A stretch of 64,000 nt of DNA from Solirubrobacterales bacterium (GTDB lineage: Bacteria; Actinomycetota; Thermoleophilia; Solirubrobacterales; 70-9). The stretch's first letter is position 1, and each line of letters starts with the position of its first letter. Shown here one piece after another: positions 27,517-37,294 of this stretch. A model generated the notes under the pieces. That model worked only from the letters and a program-made list of their open reading frames with translations. It did not search any database and had not been told where the DNA came from. The DNA lies in contig DASSHI010000038.1 of assembly GCA_035693025.1 (NCBI GenBank), positions 41,416 to 105,415 on the forward strand, in the 5' to 3' direction. Position numbers and translations under genes: made by a program.

Positions 27517-28529
27517 CCGGCTTCCTTCAGGTATGCGGCGGCCGCCTTGGCGGGCGACTGCTTTTCGAGTTCGACCCGGGCGTCGAGCTCCTGCATCACC
27601 GGCAGGGTGAGGCCCTTCTGCACCTGCACGATCGTCTTTTCGTAGTCCGGTCCCGCCTTTTCGGCGGTGGACTGCTTGCTGACGAAGATGACGTTGCCTG
27701 CGGGGAACACGTGCTTGTCGTCTTCGAGGATGACGAACTTGTCCTTCTCCGCCGATAGCTGCGGGTCGGTGGTGAAGAGGATCGAGAGATCGGCCTGGCC
27801 CTTTTCGAGCACCGTGTAGCGCAGGCCGATGTCGATCGGAGTGAACGACTTGAACTTGAGGCCGTAGTACTTTTCGAGCCCGGCCAGGCAGTCGATCCGC
27901 TGACGGCACTCGGGCGAGCCGTCGAGGCTGAGTTCTTCGGATTGGCCTTCGAGGTCGGAGATCGTCTTAAGATCGCGTTCTTCGGCCGTCTTCTTCAGCG
28001 TGCCGACCGCGTTGGCGCTGGCGAACGGCGTCGGCGGGAATGCCGTCAGGCCTTCCTTTTCGAATTCCGCTTTCGCCTTTTCGTAGGCGGGCCCAGCGCC
28101 GGCTGGGACTTCTTCGGGTTCGATGCCGAAGAACGAGGTAAGCGCCGTGCTGGCGTACTCCGGGTAGCCGGAGATCTGCCCCGACTTGACCGCCTGGTGC
28201 GCGACCGTTTCGGAGCCGAGGTTGAGTGCGCTCTTGACCTTGTAACCGGCCGCTTTCAGCGCCTGGGCATAGATTTCCCCGAGGATTTCCTGTTCGGGGA
28301 AGTTCTTCGAGCCGATCGTCAGCGACACCTTGCCGTTCGCCGGGTTGGAGACGATCGCGCCGCCGCCCCCTTCTTCGCCGCTGCTCGTGCTTTCGTCGTC
28401 GCTCGAGCCGCAGGCGGCGACTCCGAGGCTGAGGAAGAGCGCGAGCAGTACCGCTGCTGAGGCGCGCGCCCTCTTGGTGGTGGTTCTCACTGGACTTCCT
28501 CTCTTGTCGATTGCATGGGGTTGCTTCAC
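27504..28529 (-). CDS. Osmoprotectant (glycine betaine/choline) ABC transporter substrate-binding lipoprotein
   Basis: Lipobox LGVAAC. OpuBC/OpuCC-like pattern. Last gene of the four-gene ABC operon. Confidence 0.85.
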   Translation of the reverse strand: MKQPHAIDKRGSPVRTTTKRARASAAVLLALFLSLGVAACGSSDDESTSSGEEGGGGAIVSNPANGKVSLTIGSKNFPEQEILGEIYAQALKAAGYKVKSALNLGSETVAHQAVKSGQISGYPEYASTALTSFFGIEPEEVPAGAGPAYEKAKAEFEKEGLTAFPPTPFASANAVGTLKKTAEERDLKTISDLEGQSEELSLDGSPECRQRIDCLAGLEKYYGLKFKSFTPIDIGLRYTVLEKGQADLSILFTTDPQLSAEKDKFVILEDDKHVFPAGNVIFVSKQSTAEKAGPDYEKTIVQVQKGLTLPVMQELDARVELEKQSPAKAAAAYLKEAGYTG

Positions 28530-28537
28530 GGAACAGG

Positions 28538-29260
28538 TCAGGCTTCACCCAGTCGCAAGCCTCTCGAAGTGAGCAGACGTTGCAGCCAGGCGAGCAGGAA
28601 CTCGAGCATGAGAGCGAGCAGGGCGACCAGGATTCCCCCCGCCAGCAGCCCGTCGGCGCCGTAGACGTTGCGGTTGATGATGAAGTCGCCGAGCGTGAGG
28701 ACGCCGGCCAGTGGAGCGATCGTCGCCGTGGCGACGATCGCGATCGTCGCCCCACGGATCCCCGCCATCAGCGTCGGGATCGCCAGCGGCAGCTCCACCT
28801 TGAAGAGGATCTCGGCCTCGGTCATCCCCATTCCGCGCGCCGCGTCGACCGGGGCCCGGTCGACCTGGCGGATGCCGACGAACGCGTTGGTGAGGATCGG
28901 TGGGATGCCGAGAACGGCGAGTGCGATCGCGACGTTGCGCCAGCCGACGCCGATCGCCGCCGCCATGAAGGCGATCAGCGCCAGCTCGGGGATCGCCCGG
29001 CCGGCGTTGCCGAAGCCGATCGCCAGTAGTTCGCCGGCGCCGCGGTGGCCGAGGTAGAGGCCGAGCGGCAGCGCTATGACCATCGCCAAGGCCAGGGAGA
29101 GCAGGGTCAGCTCGACCTGGTTGATCATCAGTTCGACCACCTGTGAGAAGCCGCCGACCTTCTTGCCGCCGGTAACGCTCGAGCTCTGCGGCTCGAAGAT
29201 GAATTCGATCGCGCCGCCGATCGAGGCCGGCAGAAAAGGCGGAACCAGTGCGCCGATCAC
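28538..29260 (-). CDS. Osmoprotectant ABC transporter permease
   Basis: GTG start overlapping the upstream stop (GTGA). EAA-type loop ARGMGMTEAEILFKVELPLAIP. Confidence 0.8.
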   Translation of the reverse strand: MIGALVPPFLPASIGGAIEFIFEPQSSSVTGGKKVGGFSQVVELMINQVELTLLSLALAMVIALPLGLYLGHRGAGELLAIGFGNAGRAIPELALIAFMAAAIGVGWRNVAIALAVLGIPPILTNAFVGIRQVDRAPVDAARGMGMTEAEILFKVELPLAIPTLMAGIRGATIAIVATATIAPLAGVLTLGDFIINRNVYGADGLLAGGILVALLALMLEFLLAWLQRLLTSRGLRLGEA

Positions 29261-30012
29261 CCTACTTCCGCCCTTCGCCACGGCGTCACCAGTCGTTGGA
29301 TGCCGAGCAGCAGCAAGTCGAAGGCGAGTGCCATCAGGATCGCGATCGCCCCGGCGACGATGATGCTCGTCTTGAAGGTGAGGTTGCCGCCGGAGTAGAT
29401 CTTCACCCCAAGCCCGCCGCCGCTCGCCAGCACTGCGAGGGTCGCGATCGCGACCGTGCTGACCGTGGCGATGCGTAGCCCGGCGACGATCTCCGGCGTC
29501 GCCAGCGGCAGCTCGACCTTCCAGAGGATCTGGCGCTCGGTCAGTCCCATGCCACGCGCTGCGTCGCGGACCGAGGACGGGACGTTGGCGAGCCCGGCGA
29601 GCGTGTTGCGGTAGATGATCTGCAGCGTGTAGGCGCTGAGCGCGACGATCACCGAGTCGCGGCCAAGGCCGGTGATCGGCAGCAGCAGGAAGAAGAAGGC
29701 GATGCTGGGGACGGTGTAGAGGACGCCGGTCGCGGCCAGCAGCGGCGGTCGCAGCCAGCGCCGCCGATGCGCCAGCAGCGCCAAGGAAAAGGCGATCGCG
29801 AACCCGATCACGACCGAGAAGGCGACCAATTCGAAGTGCTGCATGGTCGGGGTGCCGAAGCTGCCGATGTTTTCCTTCGCCCAGTCGAAGCAGAAGAGCT
29901 TGTCGGTGGCCTGACAGGGGAGCGTCTCCGAGGTACGGTGGTGGAAGAAGCTTTCGCCGACTTCGCCGACCTTGGCCAGCGGCAGCGCAAGTGCGGCGGC
30001 GCCATTCGTCAT
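29257..30012 (-). CDS. Osmoprotectant ABC transporter permease
   Basis: ARGMGLTERQILWKVELPLATP loop. Five to six TM segments. Confidence 0.85.
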   Translation of the reverse strand: MTNGAAALALPLAKVGEVGESFFHHRTSETLPCQATDKLFCFDWAKENIGSFGTPTMQHFELVAFSVVIGFAIAFSLALLAHRRRWLRPPLLAATGVLYTVPSIAFFFLLLPITGLGRDSVIVALSAYTLQIIYRNTLAGLANVPSSVRDAARGMGLTERQILWKVELPLATPEIVAGLRIATVSTVAIATLAVLASGGGLGVKIYSGGNLTFKTSIIVAGAIAILMALAFDLLLLGIQRLVTPWRRAEVG

Positions 30013-31193
30013 CGCGGGCGCCCCGCGGCGCCGTGCTCCTCGCGCTTCGCCTCTGGCGAGCCGAGGAACTCGGAGATGATCTCAACCGAGAGCACGCCGG
30101 CGATCCGCCCGTCGTGGTCGGTGACCGCGGCGTACTGGGCCTCGCCCTGGAGCAGGTCGGCGAGCGCGTCGCGCATCACGTCGGCGCGGTCGAGCACCGG
30201 TCCGAGGGGCGAGTCGGGCCGCGCCGGGACGGTGTCGGCGGCGAGGTCGCGCTCCGAGAGCCAGCCCAGCGGTCGCCGCTCGGAGTCGACCAGCAGCGGG
30301 TAGGGCACCTCGGCGCCCGCGAGCTTCGCCCGCACCTCGGCGGTCGCCTGGCCGACGTGGGCCAGCGGCGCCTCCCAGAGGTCGATGTCGGCGACGCGCA
30401 TCAGCGCCAGTCGCTTCAGCGCCCGGTCGGCGCCGACGAAGTCCTCGACGAACTCGTCGGCGGGCGCCATCAGCAGCTCCGCCGGAGTCGCGTACTGGGC
30501 GACGCGCCCGCCCTTGCGCATCACCGCGATCCGGTCGCCCATCTTGATCGCCTCGTCGATGTCGTGGGTGACGAAGAGGACGGTCTTGCGGATCTCCGCT
30601 TGCAGGCGGAGGAACTCGTTCTGCAGGCGCTCCCGGTTGATCGGGTCGATCGCGCCGAAGGGCTCGTCCATCAGCATCACCAGGGGGTCGGCGGCGAGCG
30701 CGCGGGCGACGCCGACGCGCTGCTGCTGGCCGCCGGAGAGCTGCGCCGGGTAGCGCTCGGCGAGCTCGGCTTCGAGTCCGACCAACTCGATCAGCTCCTC
30801 GGTGCGCGTCTGGATCCGCTCCTTCTTCCAACCCAGCAGGCGCGGCACGGTGGCGATGTTCTCGGCGATCGTGCGGTGGGGGAAGAGCCCGACCTGCTGG
30901 ATCACGTAGCCGATCTCGCGGCGCAGCCGCGCCGGGTCCCGATCGCGCACCGACTCGCCGCCGATCAGCACGTCGCCCTCGCTCAGCTCGACCGTGCGGT
31001 TGACCAGCCGCATCGCGGTCGTCTTGCCGCAGCCCGACGGACCCACCAGCACGCAGACCTCGCCCGACGGAACCTCCAGGTCAAGCTGCTCGACCGCGGC
31101 CTCGGACGAGTTGCCGTAGCGCTTGGTCGCGTTCTCGTAGCGGACTGCCGAAGCGGCGGACGAGGCTTGCTCGGTGACCTCAGGGACGGGCAC
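30009..31193 (-). CDS. Osmoprotectant ABC transporter ATP-binding protein with tandem CBS domains
   Basis: Walker A GPSGCGKTT, signature LSGGQQQRV and Walker B LMDEPFGAID. C-terminal CBS pair. Confidence 0.9.
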   Translation of the reverse strand: MPVPEVTEQASSAASAVRYENATKRYGNSSEAAVEQLDLEVPSGEVCVLVGPSGCGKTTAMRLVNRTVELSEGDVLIGGESVRDRDPARLRREIGYVIQQVGLFPHRTIAENIATVPRLLGWKKERIQTRTEELIELVGLEAELAERYPAQLSGGQQQRVGVARALAADPLVMLMDEPFGAIDPINRERLQNEFLRLQAEIRKTVLFVTHDIDEAIKMGDRIAVMRKGGRVAQYATPAELLMAPADEFVEDFVGADRALKRLALMRVADIDLWEAPLAHVGQATAEVRAKLAGAEVPYPLLVDSERRPLGWLSERDLAADTVPARPDSPLGPVLDRADVMRDALADLLQGEAQYAAVTDHDGRIAGVLSVEIISEFLGSPEAKREEHGAAGRPR

Positions 31194-31264
31194 TCACGGC
31201 GAGCCTATACCCGTCGGGAGCGCGTCATCCACATCAGGACCGCGAAGATTCCCAAACCGAGCCC

Positions 31265-32527
31265 TCAGGCGATGCCCAGCCGGTCGGCGCGTTCGGCCGC
31301 CCGGCGGACGATCTCCTCGACCCCGTCCACCTTCCCTCCGCGCATCAACACGCGACCGGCGACGACGGTGGTATCGACGACGGAGCCGTTGGCGGTATAG
31401 ACGAGATCGGAGGCGAGGTCGCCGACGCCCAGCTCGGGCGAGTCGCCGCGTAGGAGGAGGAGGTCGGCGGGCGCGCCGGGCTCGACCCGGCCGCCCTGCG
31501 GGCCGGCGAGCAGCGGCGCCCGGGCGCCGGTGGCGATCTCCAGCGCCTCGGCTGCGGGGACGACGGTCGGGTCGCCGCTCGTGTGACGCTGGCCGAGCGC
31601 GAAGAGCTTGAGGTCGGCGAGCAGGTCGAGCGAGTCGTTGGAGCCCGCCCCGTCGGTGCCGAGGCCGACCGCGACCCCCGCGCGGCGCGCCGCCGGGTAG
31701 GGCATGACGCCGCCGACCGCGAGCTTCATGTTGGCGATCGGGTTGGCGACTACGGTCGCGCCGCGCGCGGCAATCAGCTCGAGCTCGGCGTCGTCGAGCC
31801 AGACGCCGTGGGCGAGCACGGTGCGCTCGCCGAGCAGCCCGAGGCGGTCGAGATAGGCGGCCGGTCGTTCCCCATGTTCGGAGAGGCAGTCCTCGACCTC
31901 CTTTGCGGTCTCCGAGAGGTGGATCTGGATCGCCAGCCCGCGCTCGGCCGCGGTCTCGCCCGCCCAGCGCAGCAGCTCTTCGCCGGCCGTGTAGATCGAG
32001 TGGGGGGCGAGGGCGGCGTCGATTGCGGGGGCCCGCCCGGCAAGCGCCTCGATCTCGGCGAGCACCCGCGCCTGCGTCTCCTCCGTACGGCCGTCGGCGT
32101 CGAACAGCGGTCCGCCGATCGTCGCCCGCAGGCCGGCGTCCTCGACCGCCCGCGCCGTCGCCTCCGGCTGCCAGTACATGTCCCAGAAGCACGCCGTGCC
32201 GGTGCGGATCATCTCCGCACAGGCGAGCCGGGTCCCCCAGTAGACGTCCTCGGCCTCGAGCTTCGCCTCGACCGGCCAGATCTTCTCCTCGAGCCAGCGC
32301 ATCAGCGGCAGGTCGCCGCCGTAGCCGCGGAAGAGCGTCATCGCCGCGTGCGTGTGCCCGTTGACCAGCGCCGGCACGAGCGGCATCCCCGCCGCGTCGA
32401 TCGTCTCGTCCCCCGCCTGCCCCGCGACGTCGGGCCCCACCGCCTCGATCGTCCCGTCCACGCAGCGCACCCCCACCGTGGCGCCATCCACAACGGCGTC
32501 CCCAACCATCAACCCACTCATGCGCAA
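31265..32527 (-). CDS. mtaD: Amidohydrolase, 5-methylthioadenosine/S-adenosylhomocysteine deaminase-like
   Basis: NGHTHAAMTLFRGYGGDLPLMRWLEEKIWP motif characteristic of MtaD-type deaminases. Confidence 0.8.
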   Translation of the reverse strand: MRMSGLMVGDAVVDGATVGVRCVDGTIEAVGPDVAGQAGDETIDAAGMPLVPALVNGHTHAAMTLFRGYGGDLPLMRWLEEKIWPVEAKLEAEDVYWGTRLACAEMIRTGTACFWDMYWQPEATARAVEDAGLRATIGGPLFDADGRTEETQARVLAEIEALAGRAPAIDAALAPHSIYTAGEELLRWAGETAAERGLAIQIHLSETAKEVEDCLSEHGERPAAYLDRLGLLGERTVLAHGVWLDDAELELIAARGATVVANPIANMKLAVGGVMPYPAARRAGVAVGLGTDGAGSNDSLDLLADLKLFALGQRHTSGDPTVVPAAEALEIATGARAPLLAGPQGGRVEPGAPADLLLLRGDSPELGVGDLASDLVYTANGSVVDTTVVAGRVLMRGGKVDGVEEIVRRAAERADRLGIA

Positions 32528-32533
32528 CCGGCC

Positions 32534-32577
32534 GCTGTGGACTTTTTACGTGTCCTGGGACGACAAAAGTCCACAGC
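32534..32577 (-). terminator. 13-bp perfect hairpin between the phosphorylase and deaminase genes
   Basis: GCTGTGGACTTTT / AAAAGTCCACAGC with an 18-nt loop. There is no clear U-tract on the minus strand, so its function (attenuator or processing site) is uncertain. Confidence 0.35.
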
Positions 32578-32579
32578 GC

Positions 32580-33254
32580 TCATTCGACGAGCTCTCGAAG
32601 AGCGGCGGCGAGGTCGTCGCGCAGGCGGGAGGCGTTGCGCTCGCGGTCGCGGTCGAGCTCGGCGGGGGACAGGGGGACTGCGGCGATGCCGTTGGCGAGG
32701 TTGTCGACGACGCAGACGGCTGCGTAGGGCAGGCCCAGCTCGGCGGCGACGGTGCACTCGGAGGCCAGCGTCATCCCGACCAGGTCGGCGTGCGCGGCCA
32801 GCAGGCGGATCTCGGCCGGCGTCTCGAAGCGCGGGCCGTTCGTCTGCCAGTAGACGCCGCCGTCGCGCAGCGCCCCCGCGCCGCTGCCTGCCCAGGCCGA
32901 GAGCACCTGGCCCCGCCACTGCGGATCGAAGCCGACCGTCATGTGCCCGCGGGGGCCCTCGAAGGTGGTGACGGAGCTCTGCAGAGCGATGAAGTCGTGC
33001 GGGCAGACGAAGCTGCCGACGCCCAGCTCCCGGTCGAGCGAGCCGACCGAGGCGATCGCCAGTACCCGGTCGCAGCCGCTCCCGGCCAGCGAGCGCAGGT
33101 TGGCCGCGTGGTCGATCCGGTGGGGCAGGACGTAGGCGCCGTCGGTACCCCGGTGGCGCTGCAATACGACGGCGTGCGACTCGGCGGCGGCCGTCACCTC
33201 GGCGCCCCCCGGTCCGGTGGCACTGCTGCCGAGGATGACCGCGAGTCGTCCCAC
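32580..33254 (-). CDS. PNP/MTAP-family nucleoside phosphorylase (methylthioadenosine/methylthioinosine phosphorylase-like)
   Basis: 224 aa. The motifs YWQTNGPRFETPAEIR and GMTLASE are typical of MTAP-type phosphorylases. Confidence 0.75.
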   Translation of the reverse strand: MGRLAVILGSSATGPGGAEVTAAAESHAVVLQRHRGTDGAYVLPHRIDHAANLRSLAGSGCDRVLAIASVGSLDRELGVGSFVCPHDFIALQSSVTTFEGPRGHMTVGFDPQWRGQVLSAWAGSGAGALRDGGVYWQTNGPRFETPAEIRLLAAHADLVGMTLASECTVAAELGLPYAAVCVVDNLANGIAAVPLSPAELDRDRERNASRLRDDLAAALRELVE

Positions 33255-33270
33255 GCCGCGATCCTATGCG

Positions 33271-33311
33271 CCGTAGAGGTTTGGTTCGCTATGCGGTTCA
33301 AACCTCTACGG
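33271..33311. repeat. Short hairpin repeat (REP-like), copy B
   Basis: CCGTAGAGGTTTG-loop-CAAACCTCTACGG, with the same flanking GC/GCGG as copy A. Lies in a divergent intergenic region. Confidence 0.6.
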
Positions 33312-33333
33312 CGGGTCGGGTTGCGCGGGTATC

Positions 33334-33834
33334 TTGGGTTGTATGAACGACCGGCCGTCGGGGCGCCAGGAGACGGAGGACGAGCGCCTCGATCGCAATC
33401 TGGCCGAGTTGCTGCAGGAGCTGCGGGTGGCGCTGCCGGGGGTACAGGTCCTGTTCGCCTTCCTGCTGGCCGTCCCCTTTCAGCAGAACTTCACCCAGAT
33501 CACCGCCTTTCAGGAAAAGACCTACTTCGTCACCCTGCTCTGCACCGCGATCTCGGCGACGCTGCTGATCTCTCCCACTGCTTATCACCGCCTCACCTTC
33601 CGCCTGCAGCAGAAGAAGGAGCTGGTCCATGTGTCCAATCGCCTCTCGATCGTCGGGCTCGGCTTCCTGGCACTGGCGATGACGGGCGCGATCGTGCTCA
33701 TCACCGACGTGCTCTTTGGCGCCATCGCCACCGCGTTCTTCGGCATCGCGGCCGGGGCGATGTTCGTTCTGCTCTGGGGGGTGCTGCCGTTGCGCCGGCG
33801 GGGCAGCCTGGCTCAGGTGGAACGGGACGATTGA
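33334..33834 (+). CDS. DUF6328-like membrane protein
   Basis: ETEDERLDRNLAELLQELRVALPGVQVLFAFLL N-terminus followed by three TM segments. Confidence 0.7.
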   Translation: MGCMNDRPSGRQETEDERLDRNLAELLQELRVALPGVQVLFAFLLAVPFQQNFTQITAFQEKTYFVTLLCTAISATLLISPTAYHRLTFRLQQKKELVHVSNRLSIVGLGFLALAMTGAIVLITDVLFGAIATAFFGIAAGAMFVLLWGVLPLRRRGSLAQVERDD

Positions 33835-33855
33835 CGGGGCCCGGGTCGTTCCGGC

Positions 33856-34476
33856 TCAGCAGAGCGGCGCCCGCTCGCCTTCGGCGCGCTGTCCCCAGAG
33901 CCCGACCATCTCGTCGGCGAAACGCTCCACCAGGGGAAGGTCCGGCGCGGTCGCGAAGAGCATTTCGAGGTCGAACTCCCAGATCAGGATCTTGAGGTCG
34001 AGGCTGACCGGCAGGTCTTCGTCGACGCTCTCGCCGAGCACCTCGTAGGCCTGGCGCAGGACGGCCACGTTGGCGGCTTTGTCGGCAGCGAAGATCGCCT
34101 GCGCCTGAGAGCCCGTCCGGGCGATGCGTTGTCGGTGCTCCTTCTTGCGCGCTTCGTAGTCCTCGATCGAGGCGTCTTCGGTCATCGCCTCGACCAGATC
34201 GGCAACCTCGTCGCCGAAGCGATCGCGCAGCGAGTCCAGCTCCACGTCGGCGTGCTCGGCGACGTCGTGCAGCAGAGCGGCGCCGACCACCTCATCCGGA
34301 TAGTTCTGCCCCGCGAGCAGCTCGCCGACGGCCAGCGAATGCTCGATGAAGGGAACCTCGTCGCAGCCCGTCTGCCTGAACTGGCCGGCGTGGGCACGAC
34401 GGGCAACCGAGAGGGAGCCGCGGATGAGCGCGGAGCGTTCGGCCCTGGAGTCGATCCGACTGGCTGGAAGAGACAT
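33856..34476 (-). CDS. HD-domain phosphohydrolase (SpoT/RelA hydrolase-like)
   Basis: Internal ATG at 34476. His...HD motif HSLAVGELL ... LLHDVAEH. The upstream part of the ORF is Arg/Pro shadow sequence. Confidence 0.75.
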   Translation of the reverse strand: MSLPASRIDSRAERSALIRGSLSVARRAHAGQFRQTGCDEVPFIEHSLAVGELLAGQNYPDEVVGAALLHDVAEHADVELDSLRDRFGDEVADLVEAMTEDASIEDYEARKKEHRQRIARTGSQAQAIFAADKAANVAVLRQAYEVLGESVDEDLPVSLDLKILIWEFDLEMLFATAPDLPLVERFADEMVGLWGQRAEGERAPLC

Positions 34477-34547
34477 CCAGCTACCCAGGGTAACGGACCA
34501 AACGGTAAAAGCACTCCATTCGTACCGAAACGGGACGTGCGTCTTGT

Positions 34548-35429
34548 TTAGCCTGCAGAGACAGGGCTCGCGGCGGGCGCCCGCAGGTCCAACTCGGCCC
34601 CCTCGACGGCGAGCTCGATCGCCGCCGGATCGCCGCCCCTCGCCGCCCAGCATGCGTGGGCTTCGGCGCCGAGTCGGTCCAGCTGCTCGTCGGAGTGGAG
34701 CGGATCGTGGTGGAAGAGGACGGTGCGACGGGCGGCCGTGCGACGGGCGAAGCTGAGCGCGTGCGAGAGCGAGGAATGGCCCCAGCCGAGGTGGTCGGGG
34801 TACTCGGCATCGGCGTACTGGCCGTCGTGGATCAGCAGCGAGGCATCGTGGGCCAGCCCGAAACCCGAGATCCACTCCTCCTCGAGCGTGTCGAGGTCGG
34901 CGCCCAGGGCCGGCTCGTGGTCGGGGATGTAGGCGAGCGACTCGTCGCCGTCGTCGATCCTGTAGCCGAGGGTCGGCCCCCGGTGGCAGATCGAGGCGGC
35001 GCGGATCCGTGCGGGCCCGATCTCCCACTCGGTCTCCGGCGTGCTGCGGAAGGAGACGTCGCAGGGCAGCTCACGCACCTCGACCGGGCTGAGCGGCGCC
35101 GAGATGTAGCGGGCGATGCGGTCGCGCAGCGAGGCCTCGGGCGATGCCGGCCCCCAGATCACGATCTCGGTCTGGGGACGGAAGCAGGGGGCGAAGAAGA
35201 CGAGGCCCTGGATGTGGTCGAGATGCAGGTGGGTGAGCAGGATGTGCAGGCGGGTCGGCTCGTCCGGCAGGGCGAGGCCGAGGTTGCGGATGCCCGTGCC
35301 GGCGTCGAGCGCCAGCAGCGAGCCGTCGGAGAGAGTGACGCCGACGCAGGAGGTGTTGCCGCCGTAGCGGATCGTTTCCGGCCCTGGGGCGGGGATCGAG
35401 CCACGCGTGCCCCAGAGCCTGGCCTTCAT
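34548..35429 (-). CDS. MBL-fold metallo-hydrolase
   Basis: LLTHLHLDHIQG motif. 293 aa. Confidence 0.8.
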   Translation of the reverse strand: MKARLWGTRGSIPAPGPETIRYGGNTSCVGVTLSDGSLLALDAGTGIRNLGLALPDEPTRLHILLTHLHLDHIQGLVFFAPCFRPQTEIVIWGPASPEASLRDRIARYISAPLSPVEVRELPCDVSFRSTPETEWEIGPARIRAASICHRGPTLGYRIDDGDESLAYIPDHEPALGADLDTLEEEWISGFGLAHDASLLIHDGQYADAEYPDHLGWGHSSLSHALSFARRTAARRTVLFHHDPLHSDEQLDRLGAEAHACWAARGGDPAAIELAVEGAELDLRAPAASPVSAG

Positions 35430-35430
35430 C

Positions 35431-35862
35431 TCAGCTCGTCGCCCCGTTGGAGGAGGCGTCGCCGCTCGCCGCGGCGGGCCAGAAGACGGCGATCGCGCCG
35501 CGCGAGCCGTGCGCGGTCTGGATCGGGAAGGCGGAGGCCTCGACCCGGTGGTGGGCGCCGTCGGTCGAGCGGATCTCGAATTCGGCGTGCGCCGGACGGT
35601 CGTCGCGCACGGCTCTGACGAGAGGCAGGGAGTCGTAGGGAATCGGCGCGCCGTCGTCGTCGAAGGGGCCGAAGATCGCCCCCCACTCCTGCGGCCCCAC
35701 GGTGCCCAGCTCCTCCCAGGGCTTGCCGAGCAGCATCCCGGCGGCCTCGTTGTAGAAGACGAGCAGGCCGCCCTCGTCGACGAGGAAGGCAGGAGTCGAG
35801 AGAGCCGACATCAGGTTGCGGGCCAGGATCAGCTCAAGTGGCTTTTGGGACACATTTGGCAC
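35431..35862 (-). CDS. Stand-alone PAS domain protein
   Basis: 143 aa. PAS-like core FLVDEGGLLVFYNEAAGMLLG. Its stop is 1 nt from the MBL gene start. Confidence 0.7.
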   Translation of the reverse strand: MPNVSQKPLELILARNLMSALSTPAFLVDEGGLLVFYNEAAGMLLGKPWEELGTVGPQEWGAIFGPFDDDGAPIPYDSLPLVRAVRDDRPAHAEFEIRSTDGAHHRVEASAFPIQTAHGSRGAIAVFWPAAASGDASSNGATS

Positions 35863-35987
35863 GAATCGCTAGCCTCGAACTCGGGTATGTATCAGGGCTG
35901 TGACTTTCGTCACTTAGGCAATTTACAGCGCGAGGGATTGCTTCGGGGGGAGCCCGCCGGGACTCGGTCGAGTAGAACTTCCGGGTC

Positions 35988-36614
35988 TTGGAAGAGCCCA
36001 GTCGTACCTACAAGCTAGCGATGACCGTCTGCCGCCCCGCGGTCGTGGCATGGGGGCGCCTCGAGGTCGAGGGCCTGGAGGTGCTGCCCGCGAGCGGGCC
36101 GGTGCTGGTGGTCGCCAACCACGACAGCCATTGGGACCCGGTGACGGTCGGCGTCGCGGCGCTGCGCCGGCGGCAGATCCGGGCGCTGGCGAAATCGACC
36201 CTCTGGGACGTGCGCGGGCTCGCCCCGGTGCTGAACGGCATGGGCCAGATCCCGATCGAGCGGGGGGCCGGGGACGTCGGTGCGCTGTCGCGGGCGATCG
36301 AGGAGCTGCGCAAGGGCGCCTGCATCGGCGTCTTTCCGGAAGGGACCCGTTCCCGCGGCAAGGTGCTGCGGGCGCGCAGCGGGGTCGGGCGCCTGGCGCT
36401 CGAGGTGCCCGAGGCAAAGCTGGTCTGTGTCGCGGTAGAAGGCACCTCGGAGATGACGGGCTTCCCGCGACGGCCGCGTCTGCGCACGCGCTTCTTCGAG
36501 CCCGCCGGCGGCCAGGCCCGGCCGGACGAGGAGCCGGGCGAGATCTCGGCGCGCCTGTTGGCAGAGATCCGCGAGCAGGTCTCGCCGACGGTTTCCTGGC
36601 GCAAGCGAAGCTAG
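35988..36614 (+). CDS. plsC: 1-acyl-sn-glycerol-3-phosphate acyltransferase
   Basis: NHDSHWDP (HX4D) and FPEGTRS motifs. Confidence 0.8.
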   Translation: MEEPSRTYKLAMTVCRPAVVAWGRLEVEGLEVLPASGPVLVVANHDSHWDPVTVGVAALRRRQIRALAKSTLWDVRGLAPVLNGMGQIPIERGAGDVGALSRAIEELRKGACIGVFPEGTRSRGKVLRARSGVGRLALEVPEAKLVCVAVEGTSEMTGFPRRPRLRTRFFEPAGGQARPDEEPGEISARLLAEIREQVSPTVSWRKRS

Positions 36615-37294
36615 ATCGAGGCGAGCAGGAGCTCGCTCAGCTCCGGCTCGAGATCGCGCAGGCGCTGGGGATCGCCGGAGGCGGCGCGTGCGGAGACGAG
36701 CGCAAGGGCGGCGCCGATCAGGCGGCGCTCGAGGCCGGGAAGGGGAGTGACACCGTCGGGGTCGGTGAGCACCGCGCGCAGCATCGTGCCGAGGCGTTCG
36801 ATCAGCTCGCGGCGCGCCTCGGCGAGCGCCGCGACCTGCGGCGGCGGCTCGGCGCTGAGCAGGCGGGCGACACTGGTCTCGCTGGCGAGGAAGCCGAGCG
36901 CGGCGGCGATGCCGGCACGTGCGCGGCCCCGGCGATCGGCCCCGGCCACCGGCCCGCGCTGCTCGAGGTGCGCGTCGCAGCCGCGCTCGATCTCCTCGCA
37001 GAGCATTCCCGCCTCGGTCTCGTAGGCGGCCAGCAGGCAGGCCCAGAGGTCCTCGAAGTGCTGGTAGAAGGTGCGGCTGGAGACTCCCGCCAGCTCGGTC
37101 ACCCGGGCGGCGGTGAGGCGGCCGTAGCCCTGCTCGGCGAGGGCCGCAGCGGCGGCTTCGAGCAGCCGCTGGCGCTGGTGGGCACGGACCAGATCGGCCG
37201 GGATGCCATGACGGCCCGGGGGAAGGCGCAGGGTCGGCTCGCTCTCCGCCGGCTCGGCCAGCGCGGTGCCCCCGATCAGTCTCAAGTCAGTCAC
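36611..37294 (-). CDS. TetR/AcrR family regulator (type B, PPGRHG N-terminus)
   Basis: The GTG start is preceded by GGAGG and overlaps the upstream stop. LPPGRHGIP...RLLEAAAAALAEQGY..VTELAGVSSRTFYQHF. Confidence 0.8.
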   Translation of the reverse strand: MTDLRLIGGTALAEPAESEPTLRLPPGRHGIPADLVRAHQRQRLLEAAAAALAEQGYGRLTAARVTELAGVSSRTFYQHFEDLWACLLAAYETEAGMLCEEIERGCDAHLEQRGPVAGADRRGRARAGIAAALGFLASETSVARLLSAEPPPQVAALAEARRELIERLGTMLRAVLTDPDGVTPLPGLERRLIGAALALVSARAASGDPQRLRDLEPELSELLLASI

